Source: Oscillospiraceae bacterium (lineage in GTDB: Bacteria; Bacillota; Clostridia; Oscillospirales; CAG-272). Taken from it: DNA of 50,662 bases. The notes beneath the pieces were generated by a model. The model searched no databases and was not told the DNA's origin. It saw only the letters and a program-made list of their open reading frames with translations. The position numbers and the translations under genes were made by a program. Positions 46,355 through 50,662 of this stretch are shown here, in pieces. The first letter of the stretch is position 1. Each line of letters begins with the position of its first letter. The DNA lies in NCBI GenBank assembly GCA_009779295.1, contig WREN01000001.1:1-50662 (forward strand), in the 5' to 3' direction.

Positions 46355-48937
46355 ATGCAAATAATAAGAAAAAAAGTTTTTTGTGTGTTTTTAACTTTGG
46401 CATTGGTATTTAATATGTTTATAATATTTCCGATAAATACATTTGCGGCAGAATCGGAAAATGTACCAACTGTCTTTGTATCAAGCGCACAAGGCAAACC
46501 AGGCGATCTCATATCCTTAACCGTTTCTTTTCAAAATAATCCGGGATTATCGGGATACGGTATCACATTGAAATTCAATCCGAGCAAATTAACTTATGTT
46601 ACATCGAATCCGGGTGTAGTATTATCAGATAACTTCACCCGCACAGTAAGAACCCAATTGAACGAAATCTTTTTTGTTTCTTATGATAACGATGGAAATT
46701 ATGTTGACGGAGAAAATTTGTTTTCAGTTTCATTCATTATAGATCCAAATTTAACAGACAGGGTTATTGAAGGCGAAGATATAATGTTCTTCTATAAAAA
46801 CATTATACTTGAAGGGTTCGAAATACCTGATGGCGGGGGCGATACCATATATCCTACAATAATACAACCCAGAATCGAAGTAGAAAATGATGAATGTGAA
46901 CACGAATACGACGATGGTGTAGAAACTACAAAAGCAACTTGTATTGAAGAAGGGTTGATGACTTACACTTGCTCTTATTGCGATGATAGTTATACCGAGC
47001 CTATATCGATAGACCCAAATAACCATGTCGGAGGCACATATGAAGAAGAGATAATAGTTGCAACATGTGTCGTTGAGGGTCTTATGGGTATCTATTGTAA
47101 TAGTTGCAATGAGTTGCTTGATACTCGGATAATACCAATAAAAACTGAACATCCTGGCGATACATATGAACAAATAATCACTGCGGCGACATGTGTCGCT
47201 ACGGGAATAATGGGTATTTACTGCACTGATTGTGATTATTTTCTCACTACAAATATTATACCGATAAACCCTGAAAATCATGTTGGCGGTACATATGAAA
47301 ATATAATTACTAATCCAACTTGTATTACCAAAGGTATCATGGGTATCTATTGTTCCGGGTGCAATGAATTACTTGAAACGGAATCAATATTAGGAGGTCA
47401 TCCTGGAGGTTCTTATCAAAATGAAATTATTGCGGCGACTTGTATTTCTGAAGGAACAATGGGTATATATTGTTCTGAATGTTACGAATTAATCGAGACA
47501 GAGACAATACCGATAAATCCGGACAACCATGTAGAAAGTTCATATACACAGGAATATATTCCGGCGACATGTATTACTGAAGGAACGCTGGGTATTTATT
47601 GTGCTGGTTGTCATGCTTTGATCGAAACAGAATTTGTAGTAATAAATCCAAACAACCACATCGGCGAAACATATAGAAGCGTAATTATTCCGCCGACATA
47701 TGATGCTGAAGGTTTAAGGGGTATTTATTGCTCAGGCTGCCACGAATTGCTTGACACAGAAATAATCTCTCCAATAGATTGCAAACACGAAGATGGTACA
47801 TATGAAGAAGTCATCACGTCCGCTACATGCGTTGCTGAAGGATTAGTAGTTACTCACTGTAATAATTGCCATGATGAACTCGGAACTGTTATTATACCGA
47901 TCAACCCAAACAACCACGTAGGCGGAACATACGAAGATGAAATCACTGCCGCTACATGTGTTGCCGAAGGTTTAATGGGTATTTACTGTAATAGCTGCGA
48001 TGTTCAACTTCATACAGCATCGACTGTAATAAACCCGAATAACCATGTCGGTGGCACATATGAAGAGGTAATCACTACCGCTACATGCGTAACTACAGGA
48101 ACAATGGGTATTTATTGCAATGACTGCGATGAATTGCTTGAAACTGATACGATACCATTAAATCCGATTAATCACGCTGGCGATACATACAGAGACGTTA
48201 TTACTATTGCGACATGCGCTACCGAAGGCGTCATGGGTATTTATTGCTCTGACTGTAATGCATTGATTTATACAGAGCCTATTGCGAAAAACCCTGATAA
48301 TCATGTTGGTGGGACATATGAAGAAATGATAGTTGCTCCGACATGCATAGCCACAGGAATAATGGAAGTTTATTGTAATAGTTGCCATGAATTGCTTGAA
48401 ACTGATACAATACCAATAAACCCGATTAATCATATTGGCAATACATACAATAATGTGATCACTGTTTCGATTTGCGTTACTGAAGGCGTCATGGGAATTT
48501 ATTGCTTTGACTGTAATGCATTGATTTACACAGAACCAATTGCGATAAACCTTGATAATCATGTTGGCGAAACTTATGAAGCCGTTATTACGGAAGCGAC
48601 TTACACGAACGAAGGATTAATGGGTATCTACTGCTCTGGTTGCGGTGCGTTGCTCGAAACGGAAGTTATTCCGATAAAACAAGACGAGCAAAAAGACTGC
48701 GACTTTTTACGTGAAAGAGCAGCTGGAATACTTAAAAACGGTTTAAAAACGGATAATCTACGCCTCGTTGGTAAAGTGTTGACGTTAGTTATTGATGGCA
48801 GAGAATTCATTCTCAGTAAAAATGCTAATAATCGTAATATCGAGGGCGAAATCCCTCTTGGCGATGGTTGCTATCTAAGATTCGACATCAAGGGTAACGG
48901 TTCAAATATTAAAGTTTTTGAAATTATTAAAAAATAA
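46355..48937 (+). CDS. secreted cohesin-domain protein with 14 tandem His/Cys repeats and the shared C-terminal module
   Basis: GGAGG lies 8 nt upstream. Signal peptide, cohesin-like [43 protein letters not shown], then the repeats. Confidence 0.85.
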   Translation: MQIIRKKVFCVFLTLALVFNMFIIFPINTFAAESENVPTVFVSSAQGKPGDLISLTVSFQNNPGLSGYGITLKFNPSKLTYVTSNPGVVLSDNFTRTVRTQLNEIFFVSYDNDGNYVDGENLFSVSFIIDPNLTDRVIEGEDIMFFYKNIILEGFEIPDGGGDTIYPTIIQPRIEVENDECEHEYDDGVETTKATCIEEGLMTYTCSYCDDSYTEPISIDPNNHVGGTYEEEIIVATCVVEGLMGIYCNSCNELLDTRIIPIKTEHPGDTYEQIITAATCVATGIMGIYCTDCDYFLTTNIIPINPENHVGGTYENIITNPTCITKGIMGIYCSGCNELLETESILGGHPGGSYQNEIIAATCISEGTMGIYCSECYELIETETIPINPDNHVESSYTQEYIPATCITEGTLGIYCAGCHALIETEFVVINPNNHIGETYRSVIIPPTYDAEGLRGIYCSGCHELLDTEIISPIDCKHEDGTYEEVITSATCVAEGLVVTHCNNCHDELGTVIIPINPNNHVGGTYEDEITAATCVAEGLMGIYCNSCDVQLHTASTVINPNNHVGGTYEEVITTATCVTTGTMGIYCNDCDELLETDTIPLNPINHAGDTYRDVITIATCATEGVMGIYCSDCNALIYTEPIAKNPDNHVGGTYEEMIVAPTCIATGIMEVYCNSCHELLETDTIPINPINHIGNTYNNVITVSICVTEGVMGIYCFDCNALIYTEPIAINLDNHVGETYEAVITEATYTNEGLMGIYCSGCGALLETEVIPIKQDEQKDCDFLRERAAGILKNGLKTDNLRLVGKVLTLVIDGREFILSKNANNRNIEGEIPLGDGCYLRFDIKGNGSNIKVFEIIKK
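46895..48685 (+). repeat. 14 tandem coding repeats of about 129 bp (about 43 aa each)
   Basis: Unit consensus: H-x-G-G-T-Y-E-x-x-I-x-x-A-T-C-x-x-x-G-x-M-G-I-Y-C-x-x-C-x-x-L-x-x-T-x-x-I-P-I-N-P-x-N. Confidence 0.9.
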
Positions 48938-48981
48938 TTTTAATAATCGAAAATTGTAATAAAATTTTGTAATTATTAAAA

Positions 48982-49025
48982 ACACGGGCGGTTCATTTAA
49001 AATAAACAACTGCCCGTGTTTTTTA
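48982..49025 (+). terminator. rho-independent terminator
   Basis: ACACGGGCGG (48982-48991) pairs with CTGCCCGTGT (49010-49019), followed by TTTTT. Confidence 0.8.
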
Positions 49026-49077
49026 GTAATATTTAAATATGGTACCATACACAAGGTTGCTCGCTCCGAAAAAGATT

Positions 49078-49147
49078 CTCTTAGCCATGTTACGCGATAA
49101 CAACGCGGCAGGAGAACCTCAACTCCATAATAAAAGAGGCAAAATAA
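49078..49147 (+). promoter_or_regulatory. conserved leader/promoter module, copy B (upstream of the MACPF gene)
   Basis: See copy A. GAGAACCTCAACTCCATAATAAAAGAGGCAAAA lies at 49112-49145. Confidence 0.6.
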
Positions 49148-49170
49148 TAATAATTCTGGAGGAACAAAAA

Positions 49171-50662
49171 ATGAAAAAAACATTTCGCAAACTTATGGCA
49201 ACGTTTTTAGTTATGGTTATGATGATGACCATGATACCTACGGTCACATTGCAAGTTCAAGCTCAATCTTCAATACCCGACGGACTTGGCTTAGGACACC
49301 TATTAAAGGGATTCAACTCCTTAGCCAGTAATTCGGCTGACCGCATACTCCTCGTAGAAAACCTTAAAAATCTACCATCAGAACGAATTTTCAAAGAAAA
49401 TTCGTTCGATGTCTTCCAAAATTTCCTGTTTTTGAATACAGTTACCGTTGGTGATGATAAAACAATCATTGCGAGATCAATGACTGAATATGCATTAGAC
49501 ACAATAAAAGGCTGGGGTTTTCAAGCAAACCTTGAACTTGCTGTTGAATTAGGCAAAGCACCTGTAAAAACAATTGTCAAAACAAAAATAGAAGAACGAT
49601 TTAGTAAGATAACCAACGAATTATTAAGAACGTCTACAAATGAACTATATTATGAAAGCCTCACGTGGCTACGTCGAGGGATTTATGAAATAGATTTTAG
49701 TTACATACCGGAGGACTTAATTCGGACACAATTAAATCCTGTTTTCCTACGAGACTTGTTAGATAAAAATGTCACCCCAGAGCAGCTATTCCGTACATAC
49801 GGAACACACTTTCTTACGCAATACTCTATGGGTGGTTGGATAGAAGCCGGTATATATTCTATCGATGAAACAATCAATGAAAAAATATCGAAGGTAAATG
49901 AATGGTCTGGAACAGTAGCAGATGTAAACAACTCAATTGAACAAAATGGAACACATAGTGCGCGCCATAACTCAACGACAAGGATTCATGGCGGGCATGG
50001 CGGGGTTATCAATTCTACCAATCCAAATGATGCTCAAAATGCTAAAAACACTTGGTTACAAAGTTTTAATAGGACTGATTGGTGGGGTGTATGCGAAATA
50101 CTTACTATTCCTGATCCCCGTGTGCCACTTGAATTCACGGGTATATGGGAATTGCTCCCCGAAGAAGAATGGATAAGATACGACGAATTAGTACAGGCGT
50201 ATATTGCGTTAGCTACTGATATGGATAGTAATTTCTTTACGAATTTCATATACAGACAATTACAACCGATAGGCAATTTGCCGCCGCCAAGTATCAATGA
50301 AAATACTATAAGAATTACTAACCAAACCGAGCTTGACGCCGTCCGAAACAATCTGTCAGGTACATACATCCTTATGAACGACATCACTTTATCGGGGAAC
50401 TGGGAACCAATCGGTTCGGCGACTGCTCCGTTCACTGGTACGTTTATAGGTAACGGATATACGGTAAGTAACGTCAGCATTGTTTCCGGTAACACAACTC
50501 CCGGACTTTTCGGAATCAACAGAGGCACAATCGAATCCCTTGCGGTCGTTTATAATAACGTCAACGGTCATCGCCCCAGTAGCGTTGCGAGTAGAACCGA
50601 GGGGGCAGGGGTTGTCAATGCCAGTTATCCGAATTGGAACATAAACCCTACGATTAGCAGGG
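49171..50662 (+). CDS. secreted MACPF (membrane-attack complex/perforin) domain protein with a downstream GLUG-type module; the 3' end runs off the window
   Basis: Absent from the ORF track, which shows no ORFs lacking a stop. I read 497 consecutive sense codons from ATG 49171 to the window end. GGAGG lies 8 nt upstream. Signal peptide MKKTFRKLMATFLVMVMMMTMIPTVTLQVQA. YGTHFLTQYSMGG at 49798-49836 fits the MACPF signature (Y/W)-G-(T/S)-H-(F/Y)-x6-G-G exactly. Confidence 0.8.
   Translation, partial: MKKTFRKLMATFLVMVMMMTMIPTVTLQVQAQSSIPDGLGLGHLLKGFNSLASNSADRILLVENLKNLPSERIFKENSFDVFQNFLFLNTVTVGDDKTIIARSMTEYALDTIKGWGFQANLELAVELGKAPVKTIVKTKIEERFSKITNELLRTSTNELYYESLTWLRRGIYEIDFSYIPEDLIRTQLNPVFLRDLLDKNVTPEQLFRTYGTHFLTQYSMGGWIEAGIYSIDETINEKISKVNEWSGTVADVNNSIEQNGTHSARHNSTTRIHGGHGGVINSTNPNDAQNAKNTWLQSFNRTDWWGVCEILTIPDPRVPLEFTGIWELLPEEEWIRYDELVQAYIALATDMDSNFFTNFIYRQLQPIGNLPPPSINENTIRITNQTELDAVRNNLSGTYILMNDITLSGNWEPIGSATAPFTGTFIGNGYTVSNVSIVSGNTTPGLFGINRGTIESLAVVYNNVNGHRPSSVASRTEGAGVVNASYPNWNINPTISR

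Noticed and set aside
46895-48685. A regular ~129-bp periodicity that might be mistaken for a CRISPR or satellite array
   Set aside because: The repeats are contiguous with no unique spacers, diverged at about 15-40 percent, and in frame within one ORF that encodes a conserved His/Cys3 unit. This is a protein repeat and not CRISPR.
49937-50528. Track ORFs 49937..50176 (+) and 50034..50528 (-) at the right edge
   Set aside because: Both overlap the 497-codon open frame carrying the signal peptide, MACPF signature and GLUG module. They have no features of their own.

Overview
The window has two parts that differ visibly in base composition. (1) Positions 1 to ~38.7 kb are GC-richer and almost entirely plus-strand. 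This is the backbone of a Clostridia-type integrative conjugative element (ICE): XRE regulator, ParA/ParB, Toprim/DUF3991, PcfB, VirD4-type coupling protein, Maff2, VirB6-like protein, tandem SpoVG, PrgI, a VirB4 ATPase gene split by a group II intron (RT/maturase/HNH), M23 cell-wall hydrolase, DUF4366, an ArdC-like protein, a 3410-aa polyvalent N6-methylase/SNF2-helicase, MobC plus relaxase, and a ParM-like pair. (2) Positions ~38.7-50.66 kb are an AT-richer accessory locus. It holds a tyrosine recombinase bracketed by 29-bp inverted core-type sites, followed by three secreted proteins: a ~1920-aa cohesin-dockerin-cohesin protein with a Gly-rich region, a cohesin protein with 14 Cys/His repeats, and a MACPF pore-forming protein that runs off the window and is absent from the ORF track. 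Most interesting: (a) a complete TnpV-family gene with its own Shine-Dalgarno, overprinted out of frame inside the giant polyvalent ORF; (b) a K-P-S-L-x-E-x-L tail placed 21-28 residues from the C-terminus of seven otherwise unrelated ICE proteins, a candidate T4SS translocation signal; (c) the recombinase cassette, which looks like an invertible switch next to the surface-protein/MACPF locus; (d) a conserved leader shared by the first and third secreted-protein genes. All family assignments come from motif recognition by eye and need HMM or structure confirmation.
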